From an uncultured Pseudobdellovibrionaceae bacterium (GTDB taxonomy: Bacteria > Bdellovibrionota > Bdellovibrionia > Bdellovibrionales > UBA1609): a stretch of DNA of 64,000 nt. Position numbers and translations under genes: made by a program. This document shows positions 29,984-40,497 of this stretch, piece after piece; positions within the stretch are counted from its first letter, which is position 1, and every line of letters starts with the position of its first letter. The notes under the pieces were generated by a model. The model was given only the letters and a program-made list of their open reading frames with translations. It did no database searches and was not told the origin of the DNA. The stretch spans positions 448,001 to 512,000 of the forward strand of contig CAWDNU010000004.1 in NCBI GenBank assembly GCA_963803705.1. Direction: 5' to 3'.

Positions 29984-30754
29984 CTAAAATTCCAACTGCG
30001 CTATAATCTCTAGAACTTTGTAGATTGAATTCTTAACTTTTTTTATGAATTGCGGATCTGTCTTATTAGGAATATGAATAAATCCAGCAAGAAAATTTTC
30101 TTCATAAGCTTTTTGTAGCACTTGATAAAATAAGCAGTTACAAACATAAGTTCCGGCTGTGTTGGATACTTTAATATCCAAACTATCAGCTGTGCTTTTC
30201 ACGTCCAAAAATTTACTTTCGCTTAATAAATTATTATCGCCGAATTGATTTAAGATCTTATCGACTTGTAGATTAGAAAAATAAGCATCAGGTCCAGTCT
30301 TATCAATTTTAGTTGAAGTTGGCTTATGACCAGAGTTATCAGGGTGATTGCAGGACATATAATTAATCGCCAAGCGCTCAAGATCTATACTATTCCTTTC
30401 ACATGCAACACCAAGGCAAATGACCAAGTCGGGAAAAAAGTCTTTAGTGGCGGCCTCGAATGCCTTAAAACAGGCCCTGAAATCTACGGGTAAAACAACC
30501 GTTTTAAATTCTGAAACTTGGCTTAAAAACTTTAAAGACTTGTCATCTAATTTCTTTTCATTTCGATCTGTTTTAGTTTCTAAACCTTTAGTCTTGTAGG
30601 CTTCGCCTCGAACTTGCTGATCTTTAACTTTAAATTTTATATTCGGTATTTCAAAATCTTGATTTATAGACTCTGTAACCAACTGAGTTGGATTGGTTCC
30701 AATATTTAAAAACGGTTCAAACGCTGTTACCAAAATATTTACATCAGATCGCAT
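29984..30754 (-). CDS. pcp: Pyroglutamyl-peptidase I
   Basis: 'ILVTAFEPF...NPT', 'LERLAIN', 'GPDAYFS', 'AGTYVCN', 'GFIHIP'. Carries two lineage-specific insertions. Confidence 0.9.
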   Translation of the reverse strand: MRSDVNILVTAFEPFLNIGTNPTQLVTESINQDFEIPNIKFKVKDQQVRGEAYKTKGLETKTDRNEKKLDDKSLKFLSQVSEFKTVVLPVDFRACFKAFEAATKDFFPDLVICLGVACERNSIDLERLAINYMSCNHPDNSGHKPTSTKIDKTGPDAYFSNLQVDKILNQFGDNNLLSESKFLDVKSTADSLDIKVSNTAGTYVCNCLFYQVLQKAYEENFLAGFIHIPNKTDPQFIKKVKNSIYKVLEIIAQLEF

Positions 30755-30806
30755 GTCATATTTAAGCTAACTGTCTCAAATCAGGATTTCAATACTTTTT
30801 CAGGTG

Positions 30807-30869
30807 TTCAGGTGCCAGGTTCCAAATGCTTGCCGCTCCACGGCAAGCATTTGGAACCTGGCACCTGAA
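30807..30869. repeat. Perfect 29-bp hairpin (REP/REPIN-like) in a divergent promoter region
   Basis: TTCAGGTGCCAGGTTCCAAATGCTTGCCG-CTCCA-CGGCAAGCATTTGGAACCTGGCACCTGAA. Confidence 0.95.
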
Positions 30870-30969
30870 TGCTCTGTTGATATTCTTTACACACACAAGT
30901 TTTGTGGTCATATACATAGCTAGAACCATTAAAAAGGTCAATTATTTCAACAGGTTAAAATAGATAACT

Positions 30970-30985
30970 TGGCACTCCTATTGCT
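30970..30985 (+). promoter_or_regulatory. Sigma54 -24/-12 promoter
   Basis: TGGCAC-TCCTA-TTGCT matches the consensus and ends 25 nt upstream of the ATG at 31011. Confidence 0.75.
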
Positions 30986-31010
30986 ATTTATAGTCCAACA
31001 GGGGAAGTCC

Positions 31011-32324
31011 ATGAAGACACAAAATCTAGCAATAATAATGGTATCTACATTTCTGATGATGGATCATTTTTATTCCAAAAGAGTTCAAAAAATTGACTCT
31101 AGAGAAACTAGCATGGCTCTTATTCAATCCCCTACCCGTGCGACTATAGTTTCAAAAGCGGTAGTTTCTGAAATCAAAAATAAAGACGTAAGTGTTCTGT
31201 TAAATGACCCCGCAATGAATCAAAAGTGGGGCCTAGTTCAAAACCAAATCAGTAAAGCGTGGAAAATATCTCAAGGTAGCAAAAAAATTAAAGTGGCAGT
31301 TATAGACACTGGAATTGATACCAATCATGAAGATTTGAAAAGCAATCTATGGGTTAATAAAGGCGAGACAGGGTTTGATAACTTAGGTCGCGATAAATCT
31401 AGCAATGGTATTGATGACGACGGCAACGGTTTTAAAGATGATGTTTATGGCTGGAATTTTGTGGCTAATGATAACGACCTAAAAGACAATCATGGTCACG
31501 GCACACATATCGCTGGAATTATAGGTGCTGTAGGTGGTAACGGCAAAGGTATTAGTGGCGTTTCCCCACAAGTTAGTCTTATGGTTTTAAAATATTATGA
31601 CCCTAAAGGTTATGGTGAAGATAATTTAAAAAATACTATTAAAGCTATTCACTACGCTATCGATAACGGGGCACACATAATTAATTATTCGGGCGGCGGT
31701 TTAGAGTATAGTTCTGAAGAAAAGGCTGCTATCGAAAAAGCTAGAAAAAGAGGAATCTTGTTTATAGCGGCTGCAGGAAATGAAAGATCTAATTCAGACA
31801 TAAAAAAATATTATCCAGCAGACTACAAATTAGATAATATAATATCGGTAACAGCTATCGATGATAAAACAAGAGTTTTACCATCAAGCAATTATGGTGT
31901 CCTTACAGTCGACATCGGCGCCCCGGGCAACAACATTTATTCAACATTACCGAATAACAAGTACGGTTTTATGACTGGAACGTCCCAAGCTACAGCCTAT
32001 GTCAGTGGCGTTGCTTCACTAGTTTTAGCTCATCACGAAGACTATAAACCTACTCAAGTTGCTAAATACTTAACTAACACTGGTGACATTGTGGATTCGT
32101 TAAAAGGAAAAACTTTGTACAACCGTAGATTAAATTCCTACAGAGCTTTAACAATTTTAGATAAAGGTATTGGAGCAATGGGAGTGATCGCAGGTAACAC
32201 CGATGATATGAAAACAAATTTTGCAACAGATCGATCTTCGCAAACTGTGAACCCCTTACAAGCGTTTAAAGGCTTTGGTCAGAATCTACTTAAAAATTTG
32301 AATTTGAATTCAGAAATACCTTAA
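31011..32324 (+). CDS. S8 family serine protease (subtilase)
   Basis: 'VAVIDTGID', 'HGTHIAG', 'AAAGN', 'GTSQAT'. The ATG at 31011 follows a purine-rich RBS. Confidence 0.93.
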   Translation: MKTQNLAIIMVSTFLMMDHFYSKRVQKIDSRETSMALIQSPTRATIVSKAVVSEIKNKDVSVLLNDPAMNQKWGLVQNQISKAWKISQGSKKIKVAVIDTGIDTNHEDLKSNLWVNKGETGFDNLGRDKSSNGIDDDGNGFKDDVYGWNFVANDNDLKDNHGHGTHIAGIIGAVGGNGKGISGVSPQVSLMVLKYYDPKGYGEDNLKNTIKAIHYAIDNGAHIINYSGGGLEYSSEEKAAIEKARKRGILFIAAAGNERSNSDIKKYYPADYKLDNIISVTAIDDKTRVLPSSNYGVLTVDIGAPGNNIYSTLPNNKYGFMTGTSQATAYVSGVASLVLAHHEDYKPTQVAKYLTNTGDIVDSLKGKTLYNRRLNSYRALTILDKGIGAMGVIAGNTDDMKTNFATDRSSQTVNPLQAFKGFGQNLLKNLNLNSEIP

Positions 32325-32349
32325 ATTAAACTTGAAAAAAGGATTTTAG

Positions 32350-33966
32350 ATGCCAAGACTAATAAAATTTTTAGGGTCAATCTTCATTATTTCATTCTGC
32401 GCAAACGTTTCTTTTGCAATTTCAACTAGTGAATTAAATATCCAGCTAAATCCAGATAAAATTCAAGCCATGTACCCAATCAGCAAAGCTATCGCTTTGC
32501 AAATCACAAAATCTGATGATGCAGATTTTGATATGATTGGTCCGGCAATAATGGAGCAACACTACCGGTCATTTGTCCTAAGTCCAATATTTGACCAGCA
32601 AAATAAAAATCAAGATCTAATGATACTGGCTCATATTAGATTTTCCACTTTGTTAGATGGTCAAGATTCACAAGTAGCAAATAAGGTTTCATATGAAAAG
32701 AAATTGAGCGACCACCATCATAATAGTCTTATGTACAATTCTGAGCATTCAACAATCTTTTCACCACTATTTGAGGGAAAACTTCAGTGTTATTCTGGGA
32801 CCATTTTGTATGATTTAATTCGTAGAACTCATGGAAAAAAAGTACACGAAGCTTCGAACAGAGTTTTTATATACACAAACGGTCATATATTACCAGGTTA
32901 TCTAAAAAAAGAATTAGGAGTATATAACCTTTACGGAATTGAAACCACTGTTGCCGGTAAAGGTTTAAAAAAGTTCGGTCCAGTTCAAACTTTAAAAAGA
33001 ATCAGAGTTGTCGATGCGAACTTGGCTCTGCTAGTTGAGCTTTTGAAGGATTCAATACTAAATCTGCAAACTGTTGTGCAAAGAGCTTTGCTCCTGACTT
33101 CTAAGAAGTTTGAGTTGCCACTTGCTCAAATGGAAGAAGGCATAGAGAATGCACTGGTCAGATTTAGCCAAGGAAATATTATTCAAAAAACAACTTTAGC
33201 TGCTAACGAATTTATCTTACCGTTGATTAACTCTTCACCTTTCGGTTTTGGAAACTCCAATGCGTCTGATAGTGGCCAAGATCTGATAAGAGCAACTGTC
33301 GATGTTTTTCCAACAGAAGGCACAGAGGATTACAATAATGATGAAAATATTATTAAAGTCGCTGAAAATATCCAACGTCAACTTGTAGTTGCAGAGCACA
33401 TCAGAAGGCTTGGGACAATAGATTCTGGTGAATCCGTCATTATTAATTTGCCTAACGGACATCCAAGCATCAATCATAAATATGGATCACCACCTCCTTT
33501 TCCGCGCACTTCAATACTTGTAGTGATCCAAGGTCCTTTAGCAAAAAAATTAATCGAAAATCCGGCTCTTCATTTGATCCGCGAAATGGGTGGTGCTTTT
33601 AAAGAATATGCATTCAATTACGGTTCCATAGTTATGGATGAGCCTAGCTTAGTTGATATTTTCAAATCATTAGAATTCGCTGCTTCAGATGATTCTGGTA
33701 AATTGGTAAAACAAAACCCCTATATCGGAGATTTTGGAGGCAATAAGATTATAGCTTATAATCTAAGAGCGAATAAACCCTCCGCTAATTACAATAGTTC
33801 GTCCCCATTTCTTTTTGGTGTACATGACGGTGGCTATTCTAGTAACAATTCATACTTGGGGAATTTCGCAGATAATTTAGGCGTTCTTTTTGGAGCCCAT
33901 GCTGAAATGATGCGAGACGCTTCTGGCTTGTTGACAATTATTTCAGTCTACAATCATCATTACTGA
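32350..33966 (+). CDS. Secreted hypothetical protein, possible transglutaminase-like Cys-His-Glu domain
   Basis: Signal peptide, then 'LQCYSGTILY', 'IYTNGHILPG', 'YGIETT'. Confidence 0.55.
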   Translation: MPRLIKFLGSIFIISFCANVSFAISTSELNIQLNPDKIQAMYPISKAIALQITKSDDADFDMIGPAIMEQHYRSFVLSPIFDQQNKNQDLMILAHIRFSTLLDGQDSQVANKVSYEKKLSDHHHNSLMYNSEHSTIFSPLFEGKLQCYSGTILYDLIRRTHGKKVHEASNRVFIYTNGHILPGYLKKELGVYNLYGIETTVAGKGLKKFGPVQTLKRIRVVDANLALLVELLKDSILNLQTVVQRALLLTSKKFELPLAQMEEGIENALVRFSQGNIIQKTTLAANEFILPLINSSPFGFGNSNASDSGQDLIRATVDVFPTEGTEDYNNDENIIKVAENIQRQLVVAEHIRRLGTIDSGESVIINLPNGHPSINHKYGSPPPFPRTSILVVIQGPLAKKLIENPALHLIREMGGAFKEYAFNYGSIVMDEPSLVDIFKSLEFAASDDSGKLVKQNPYIGDFGGNKIIAYNLRANKPSANYNSSSPFLFGVHDGGYSSNNSYLGNFADNLGVLFGAHAEMMRDASGLLTIISVYNHHY

Positions 33967-34061
33967 TTGAACAAATTTCTAAAGCAATTATCTAGTCGTT
34001 AATATTGAAGCGGCCAATCATCAATATTTTTAAAACTCGCGCAGATTAGATTAGATTTTAA

Positions 34062-35039
34062 CTAAAGATCCGACTCTTTTAGAAGCAGTAGAGCTCCGGT
34101 TAAAAATATAAGAGCGAAGCCAAAACCAGCTAAGTCAGATAAACTTTCGTTACTAAAGCCTAATCCGATCAGTCCGGCAGACATACTTATAACCACCCAG
34201 GGAATTAGCCTTAAATAAGTTTTCTTACCTTTAGACTTGCTGCCTAATACACTTTGGTGAATTGCAAAATCTTGTATTAGTTTTTCACAATATAGCTTCA
34301 TCTCTTTTGAAACCTGGTCGTGACCATTAGCCTCGCAAAAGCTTTTGTACTTTCCCAAAGCAAAATCAAGACTCTGCTTAGCACGAGCAGAAAGGATAAA
34401 GTCTTTGTGAACCGATTTTACATCGTAATTATTAAGAACTTTTTCCCAGCTTTTTTCTAAAAACCAATATTCAGAATTAAGCTCTGTCTCTACGTCATCG
34501 ATAAAGCCAACCTTACGAATACCAGATGTTCCGTCGGTTTCAGGTGCTTTAATTTTATCAGAAATATCCATAGACATTTTTGCGATAATTTTAGGATCTA
34601 AGGTTTCTTCCGTTTCTAGTGAAGCGTTTCCGTAGGCCCTATCATTTGCTTCAAGTTCTGACTTATATTGCTCACTCCATTCGATTGGAAATGCTACAAT
34701 TTCCGAGTGTTCCAACGCTTCAGGAAAAGAGATCCAGAACTTCTGATCGCATGACACACAGTCAAACTCTGGCTTTTCAACATAGATGGTTTGAGGATCT
34801 ACAGCGTAAAGCTTAAAGCAATTCGGACATCTCATTCGAATTTCAGGCTGAGCATATTTGTTCGTTGTCGAACTATTCATAGAATTCGTCAGCTGATCTG
34901 ATTTATAATCTAGTGTAGATTCTTGTTCAGAATTTTTTCTAGAGTTTGATTTTTGGATGTCATAATCAGATGGCTCTGCCAAATTTAATCCCCCTAACAC
35001 TTCTTTTAATAATAGCACTCTTAGACGGACATGGGGCAA
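34062..35039 (-). CDS. Zinc-ribbon domain membrane protein (true start probably downstream)
   Basis: CPNC...CVSC zinc ribbon and two C-terminal TM helices. Confidence 0.65.
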   Translation of the reverse strand: MPHVRLRVLLLKEVLGGLNLAEPSDYDIQKSNSRKNSEQESTLDYKSDQLTNSMNSSTTNKYAQPEIRMRCPNCFKLYAVDPQTIYVEKPEFDCVSCDQKFWISFPEALEHSEIVAFPIEWSEQYKSELEANDRAYGNASLETEETLDPKIIAKMSMDISDKIKAPETDGTSGIRKVGFIDDVETELNSEYWFLEKSWEKVLNNYDVKSVHKDFILSARAKQSLDFALGKYKSFCEANGHDQVSKEMKLYCEKLIQDFAIHQSVLGSKSKGKKTYLRLIPWVVISMSAGLIGLGFSNESLSDLAGFGFALIFLTGALLLLKESDL

Positions 35040-35123
35040 GAACTTTTTTGAGGTACTTAGCTTTTAAACCATGTAGCAACATCCTTTGCTAGCCCATTTG
35101 TAATACCTATGAGATAAATTTAC

Positions 35124-36680
35124 ATGCCATTTAAAGTAAGAATTTTTTTTAGCTACATTACTAATTTTGTAAAAACATACAAATTGCCTATGATATCAGG
35201 TGTGCTTCAAGCAACCAGCTACATACCTTTTCCACCATGGGCTTTGTTTTTCAGCCTAGTACCTTTGTGGATTTTTTGGATTGGCTCAGATTTTAAAAAG
35301 AAAGTTTTCGGGACCTTAGTCTGTAGTTTAGTGGCTTGTAGTATTGGTTTTTATTGGATTGCGATCACGGCACACGAATTCGGAAAAGCGCCTTGGATCA
35401 TGTCAATTTTAGCGCTGATGTTATTTTCACTGCTTGCGAATTTACACTTGGTTGTATCGGCAATAATTTGGGGCATTCTAAAATTACAAGTTTCTAAAAA
35501 GCACAGTCTTTGGCTGCTACCTTTCGTCACAGCGATTTCAATTAGCTTTGTACCAACGCTATTTCCTTGGAACTTTGGCTACGCCTGGATTTACGCCAAC
35601 CTTCCAGGGGCACAGCTTGCAGATATGTTTGGTGTCATCAGTCTTTCTACAGTCACAATTTTTATAAACTTTTTAGTTTTGTTGGCAGTGGTCACGAAAA
35701 GGTATTCCTATTACGGTTTGGGCGCATTTGTGGTTTTTATAAGCATTAATGCAATTGGACTACTTCACCTGAATTTTGTACCTGAAGAAAAAGGTCGTCT
35801 AAAAGTGTTAATCACCCAGGCCAATATCGGAAATCTTGAAAAACAGCTTTCTTTGAGCGGCTATGGATTTAGAACTAAAGTGGTCACCAAATATGCTAAC
35901 CTGACAACAGATGCTTTAGAAAATGAAGATGGTGTAGATTTAGTAGTTTGGCCAGAGACAGCTTATCCCAAATATATCAATCTGTTGGATTTTAAAAATA
36001 CCGCACCGGTGCTTTCGAACTTAGCCGTTAATAATGAAGTGGCGTTGATCACAGGATTCTACGATGTTCAACCAGGTGACCTGGTGGCTAATGCCATGTT
36101 GTATATTGATAATAGTGGTCAAGTGATTGATCGACCTTCTCATAAAAGTATACTATTGGCATTTGGCGAGTACCTTCCTTTATCAGAAACATTTCCCAAG
36201 TTAAAAGAAATTTTTCCTCAGGTCGCTGACTTTGTCAGAGGCCCAGGGCCTGAAATCAGATCCATAGGCGATGTAATTTTCGGACCCATGATTTGCTACG
36301 AGTCTTTGTTCCCTAGCTTTTCTAGAAAGCTTGCCAACCTTGGAAGCCACGTCTTAATCAACTTAACAAATGACTCTTGGTATGACGATTGGTTTGAGCC
36401 AAAGCAACATCTATACATTACCGCAGGTCGCGCTTTAGAAAATAGACGGCCAGTTATTAGGGCTACAAACACTGGGCTTTCAACTGTGATAAAATCCAAT
36501 GGTCAGCCTATGAAGATCTCTCCTAGAGGTGAAGAGTGGGCTGGGGTTTATAATGTCAAATATCCAGAAGGCAACAGTCAAACAATTTATCAAAGATGGG
36601 GGAAAAACCTACACCCCATTATTTTAATTTTGTTGATCCTATTGATTTTTGGTCATGGGAGATTTAAAAAATCGAAATGA
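35124..36680 (+). CDS. lnt: Apolipoprotein N-acyltransferase
   Basis: TM N-terminus, 'VVWPETA', 'K..LLAFGEYLP', 'MICYE', 'TNDSWY', 'RATNTG'. Confidence 0.95.
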   Translation: MPFKVRIFFSYITNFVKTYKLPMISGVLQATSYIPFPPWALFFSLVPLWIFWIGSDFKKKVFGTLVCSLVACSIGFYWIAITAHEFGKAPWIMSILALMLFSLLANLHLVVSAIIWGILKLQVSKKHSLWLLPFVTAISISFVPTLFPWNFGYAWIYANLPGAQLADMFGVISLSTVTIFINFLVLLAVVTKRYSYYGLGAFVVFISINAIGLLHLNFVPEEKGRLKVLITQANIGNLEKQLSLSGYGFRTKVVTKYANLTTDALENEDGVDLVVWPETAYPKYINLLDFKNTAPVLSNLAVNNEVALITGFYDVQPGDLVANAMLYIDNSGQVIDRPSHKSILLAFGEYLPLSETFPKLKEIFPQVADFVRGPGPEIRSIGDVIFGPMICYESLFPSFSRKLANLGSHVLINLTNDSWYDDWFEPKQHLYITAGRALENRRPVIRATNTGLSTVIKSNGQPMKISPRGEEWAGVYNVKYPEGNSQTIYQRWGKNLHPIILILLILLIFGHGRFKKSK

Positions 36681-38992
36681 ACACCACTGAACTTAGTAAA
36701 GTTTTAATCCACATTCAAAGCTATTGTAAAACGGTTGTTGGCCAAGAAGCCGTAAAAAACCTTAAAGTCTTTACGAACCCCAAGAAAGCAAAACAACATG
36801 CCAAGGACGTACTTGATCTAAAAAAACTTATATCCTTAGAAGGACTAAGCTTTGAGCTCACCGGTTTAGATCTAAGTCTTAATTGGCTTAGAAAAGTAAA
36901 GAAAAATCAAGTTCTGCAGCCACTTGATCTGAATGATATCCGCTTATTTTTAGAAGACATAGTTCACTTGAAGCAAATTTTTCTCAATAATAAGAATGTA
37001 CCAATTATTGATTATTTTTTAGATACATTGATCGAAGCTGAAGAGATTTTGGCCTACATTAACGTTGTAATTTCACCTGTCAGCGAAATCAATTCTGACG
37101 CAAGCGAAGAGCTGTACAAATTTTTTCAAGACAAAAAAAACTTAAATATGCAGGTCCAAAATTTACTAAAGAAAATTGTTAAAGACCAAAATTTAGAAAA
37201 TATCCTACAAGACAGATTTGTCACCACCCGTGAAGGGCGGCTCGTCTTACCTGTGATCAGCGGGATGAGACATGATTTCAGCGGAATCATCCACGACTCG
37301 AGCCAAAGTAAACAGACAGTCTTTATGGAGCCTCAAGAAGTTGTACCTGTTAACAATAAGGTTTCAGAGCTCGAGATAAAAATACAAGCCGAGATCGAAA
37401 AGATTCTAAGAGAAATTAGCAAGTTTATACACTTAAGGTTTGATGAACTTGAAAGCTCTTTTGAAACTTTAATTCAAATCGACAAAATGTATGCCTTGGG
37501 TTTTTTTGCTTCTCACGCTGAACTAAACTCATTTAATTGGAGCCTAGACGATACAATATATCTGCCTGATCTGAAGCACCCAATGCTTAGCTTAGAAATA
37601 GAAGATATTGTCGGTAATACTATAGAGCTTAACAGGAAAAATAGAATTCTTGTGCTTTCAGGTCCCAATGCCGGGGGGAAAACAGTGTTACTAAAAAGCA
37701 TAGGCCTTGCTTGTCAGATGGCAACCTATGGACTACCAATTGCAAGCACGGAATCAGCAGAGCTTCCTTTTATCCATGAGGTTTTCCTTTCACTGGGTGA
37801 TGAGCAAAACTTAGAAGAAAACCTTAGCTCTTTCGGTGGGCATCTGATTAAGCTAAATCAAGCTGCTAAACTTAAGGGCCTACATACTTTAATTTTAGTA
37901 GATGAAATCTGCGGAACTACTGAAGCCCAAGAAGGATCTGCTTTAGCAAGAGCCTTCATAGAAGAATTTAAGTCCAATGAAGTTTTCGCTGTTATCACAA
38001 GTCATTTAGCACCACTCAGGTCAAATTGGGGTGAAGGCGTAATTAATGGCAGTATGCAGTATGATCCAAAAACTCAGTCCCCCAGTTACACGTTCATTAT
38101 GGGATTGGCAGGTGAATCCATGGCTATTCCAACTGCCAAGCGCTACGGGGTTGATGAAAAAATTATGAAGGCCGCTTTAAGCTACTTAACCCCTGAGGCT
38201 CAAAAAAAATTTTCGGGTTTAGAAGAGATCGAAAACTTAAAGAACAAACTTATCCAACTTCAAAAACAGTATCAGGAAAAACTTAAAGATCTTGAGAAAC
38301 GAGAAATAGTGATTAAAAATGATCAGGCCAAGTTAGAAGAGTTAAAATCTACCGGGCTTGCTGAAGATTTAAACGACTATCAGAAAAAGATCGAAGACTT
38401 GATCAAGTACGAAAAAATAAAATCTAATTTTGAAAACAAAAAAAACTTGGACGCGATCAAGCAACAGATGCCCACCATCGTAAAATACAAGCTGGAAGAT
38501 AACCCTGAAGTTAATCCTGAAAATTTTGCCATCAAATTTCCTGCGGGAACATCCGTTTTTATTAAAAGTTTAAATCGAAAAGGGATTGTTCAAAGCAAAG
38601 CGAACTCAAAAGGCGAGGTTACCGTACTGTCTGAATCTATGCGTATCCAAGTTCCCTACACTGATATTTTGCCGGGTACAGGTCAAAGCTCTTCAAATAA
38701 GCTAAAACAGGTCAAAAGTAGCTTACCTACCTCACACGACCTTACCCAGAAGGATATTGATCTAAGGGGTAAGACCGTAGATGAAGCGCTTGATGAGTTA
38801 GACATGGCTTTAGATCAGGCTGTTCAAAGTGGCTTGCTTAAATTAAAAATCATCCACGGTCATGGAGACCAAGACAGGTTAAAAAAATCTGTTCGCACAT
38901 TTTTATCTAGAAACACATTTATAAAATCTTGGCTTTCGGGCAAAGCATTTAACCAAAGCGATGGAGTCACGATCGCTGAAATACTGTCCTAG
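36677..38992 (+). CDS. mutS2: Endonuclease MutS2
   Basis: 'SGPNAGGKT', 'LSSFGGH', 'LVDEI..GT', coiled coil, and C-terminal Smr 'DLRG...IIHGHG'. Confidence 0.93.
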   Translation: MNTTELSKVLIHIQSYCKTVVGQEAVKNLKVFTNPKKAKQHAKDVLDLKKLISLEGLSFELTGLDLSLNWLRKVKKNQVLQPLDLNDIRLFLEDIVHLKQIFLNNKNVPIIDYFLDTLIEAEEILAYINVVISPVSEINSDASEELYKFFQDKKNLNMQVQNLLKKIVKDQNLENILQDRFVTTREGRLVLPVISGMRHDFSGIIHDSSQSKQTVFMEPQEVVPVNNKVSELEIKIQAEIEKILREISKFIHLRFDELESSFETLIQIDKMYALGFFASHAELNSFNWSLDDTIYLPDLKHPMLSLEIEDIVGNTIELNRKNRILVLSGPNAGGKTVLLKSIGLACQMATYGLPIASTESAELPFIHEVFLSLGDEQNLEENLSSFGGHLIKLNQAAKLKGLHTLILVDEICGTTEAQEGSALARAFIEEFKSNEVFAVITSHLAPLRSNWGEGVINGSMQYDPKTQSPSYTFIMGLAGESMAIPTAKRYGVDEKIMKAALSYLTPEAQKKFSGLEEIENLKNKLIQLQKQYQEKLKDLEKREIVIKNDQAKLEELKSTGLAEDLNDYQKKIEDLIKYEKIKSNFENKKNLDAIKQQMPTIVKYKLEDNPEVNPENFAIKFPAGTSVFIKSLNRKGIVQSKANSKGEVTVLSESMRIQVPYTDILPGTGQSSSNKLKQVKSSLPTSHDLTQKDIDLRGKTVDEALDELDMALDQAVQSGLLKLKIIHGHGDQDRLKKSVRTFLSRNTFIKSWLSGKAFNQSDGVTIAEILS

Positions 38993-39220
38993 ATTTACAG
39001 GTTTTGTTGCAACATTTGTGTACTTAAGTTTGACACTTTTTTCGAAAATAAAGTGTCTCAGATTGCACTTTTAGACAAATGGTCGCTATTAGACGGGTCT
39101 AGTGTCTCAATGTCTCAAAATAATAATCTGTATTCAGTCTATATTTATTTAAGAAAACCAAAAAAGACGATAGCTACTAGTAAGATTTTTTTTAGCTCAA
39201 CTTTTGTCATGAGGTGTCTA

Positions 39221-40267
39221 ATGTACGTATTTCGAAAAGCTTCAATTTTTACAATTAGTATATGCTTTACTTTCTTTTTTGCTGCATGTGGCGGCGGTGG
39301 CTCGTCTGTTTCAACTGGAAGCCAAGGTGAACAGTTTTCCCAGGTTAGTAATGCAGATACGAACATAGATGTTTTGTGGGTTATAGATGACTCTGGCTCT
39401 ATGAAGCCAGGCCAAGACGCGCTTAGAGCGAACATCAATGACTTCATAAATTTATTTTACGATAGAGGGTTTAACTTTAGAGTAGCTGTGGCTGCGACCT
39501 CTCAGTATCAAAGTGGAAAAAGCGCTGGATTTAAAGGCGGAGTGCTTTCCTCAAGCCTAAGTCAAAGCCAGATGCAAACTCAGTTTTCAGCAAATGCAAA
39601 TGTAGGAGTAAGTGGAACTGGCGATGAAAGAGGTTTGCAAAGTATGGAGCGGGTTTTAAGTAGCAGCGGTAACCAACCCTTTCCACGCAGCGACGCTCAT
39701 TTGGCTGTTATCTTTTTAGCTGACGAAAATGACTGCGGATCAAACAACGCATCAAACGCAGCAGCTTGTAGAGCAGCAAATCCAGTTTCAGGTTTTTATA
39801 ACTATTTAAAAACATTGACTGGCTCAACTGATGACGATTTGCTTTTTTCAACTCATTCAATCGTGGTAGACTCAAACTCTTGCAAAAATAATGGTTTTTA
39901 TGGTGCTGACAATCCTGGAAGCCCTATGCATGGCGATGCTTCATTGGGAAGCCGCTATGAAGAGATGGCAGGCCTAACTGGCGGATTAGAATTAAGTATT
40001 TGCTCTGCTTTTGGACCTTCAATGGCAAGCCTTGCTGATGACTTGGCTTCTAGGGCTTCACAGTTTTATTTACAGCACGAGCCTATTGTCAGCACAATCG
40101 AAGTAAAAATTGCAGGTGTTAACGGCGGCAACCCAATCGCAAAAAGTACTTCCAACGGTTGGGATTATAATTCAAACAGCCAAAGCATTAGCTTTTATGG
40201 CAGCGCAATTCCCCAGCAAGGCGTGTCAATAGATGTTAGTTATGTGACTCGATTTTTGGTGAACTAA
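39221..40267 (+). CDS. VWA-domain lipoprotein
   Basis: Lipobox FAAC, MIDAS 'DVLWVIDDSGS', 'LAVIFLADEND'. The ATG at 39221 follows GAGGTG. Confidence 0.8.
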   Translation: MYVFRKASIFTISICFTFFFAACGGGGSSVSTGSQGEQFSQVSNADTNIDVLWVIDDSGSMKPGQDALRANINDFINLFYDRGFNFRVAVAATSQYQSGKSAGFKGGVLSSSLSQSQMQTQFSANANVGVSGTGDERGLQSMERVLSSSGNQPFPRSDAHLAVIFLADENDCGSNNASNAAACRAANPVSGFYNYLKTLTGSTDDDLLFSTHSIVVDSNSCKNNGFYGADNPGSPMHGDASLGSRYEEMAGLTGGLELSICSAFGPSMASLADDLASRASQFYLQHEPIVSTIEVKIAGVNGGNPIAKSTSNGWDYNSNSQSISFYGSAIPQQGVSIDVSYVTRFLVN

Positions 40268-40284
40268 GCTATTGAGCTTAGTTC
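40261..40284. terminator. Stem-loop overlapping the VWA gene stop
   Basis: GAACTAAGCT-ATTG-AGCTTAGTTC, a 10-bp perfect stem. Confidence 0.5.
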
Positions 40285-40290
40285 TGACTA

Positions 40291-40497
40291 ACAAATGAAA
40301 AAATAATTTTATTGATAATTTAATTGTAAAGAATATTTAGCTTATATCTGCATACATTAAGGCACGGCTGTCCTGCCTCTACCGCATTTTACCCTTGCGG
40401 GTAAAAGCGCCTCCAGCTTGCGGAGGCCTTATGTACGCAGATATAAGCTAAATATTCTTTACAATTAAATTATCAATAAAATTATTTTTTCATCTGT
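40291..40497. repeat. Long inverted-repeat element C (about 73-bp arms, 62-nt multi-hairpin core)
   Basis: 40295-40351 pairs perfectly with 40437-40493. The right arm includes the last codons and stop of oppC. Confidence 0.95.

Noticed and set aside
30969..31010. TTG start of the subtilase ORF
   Set aside because: It coincides with the sigma54 promoter, while the ATG at 31011 has an RBS.
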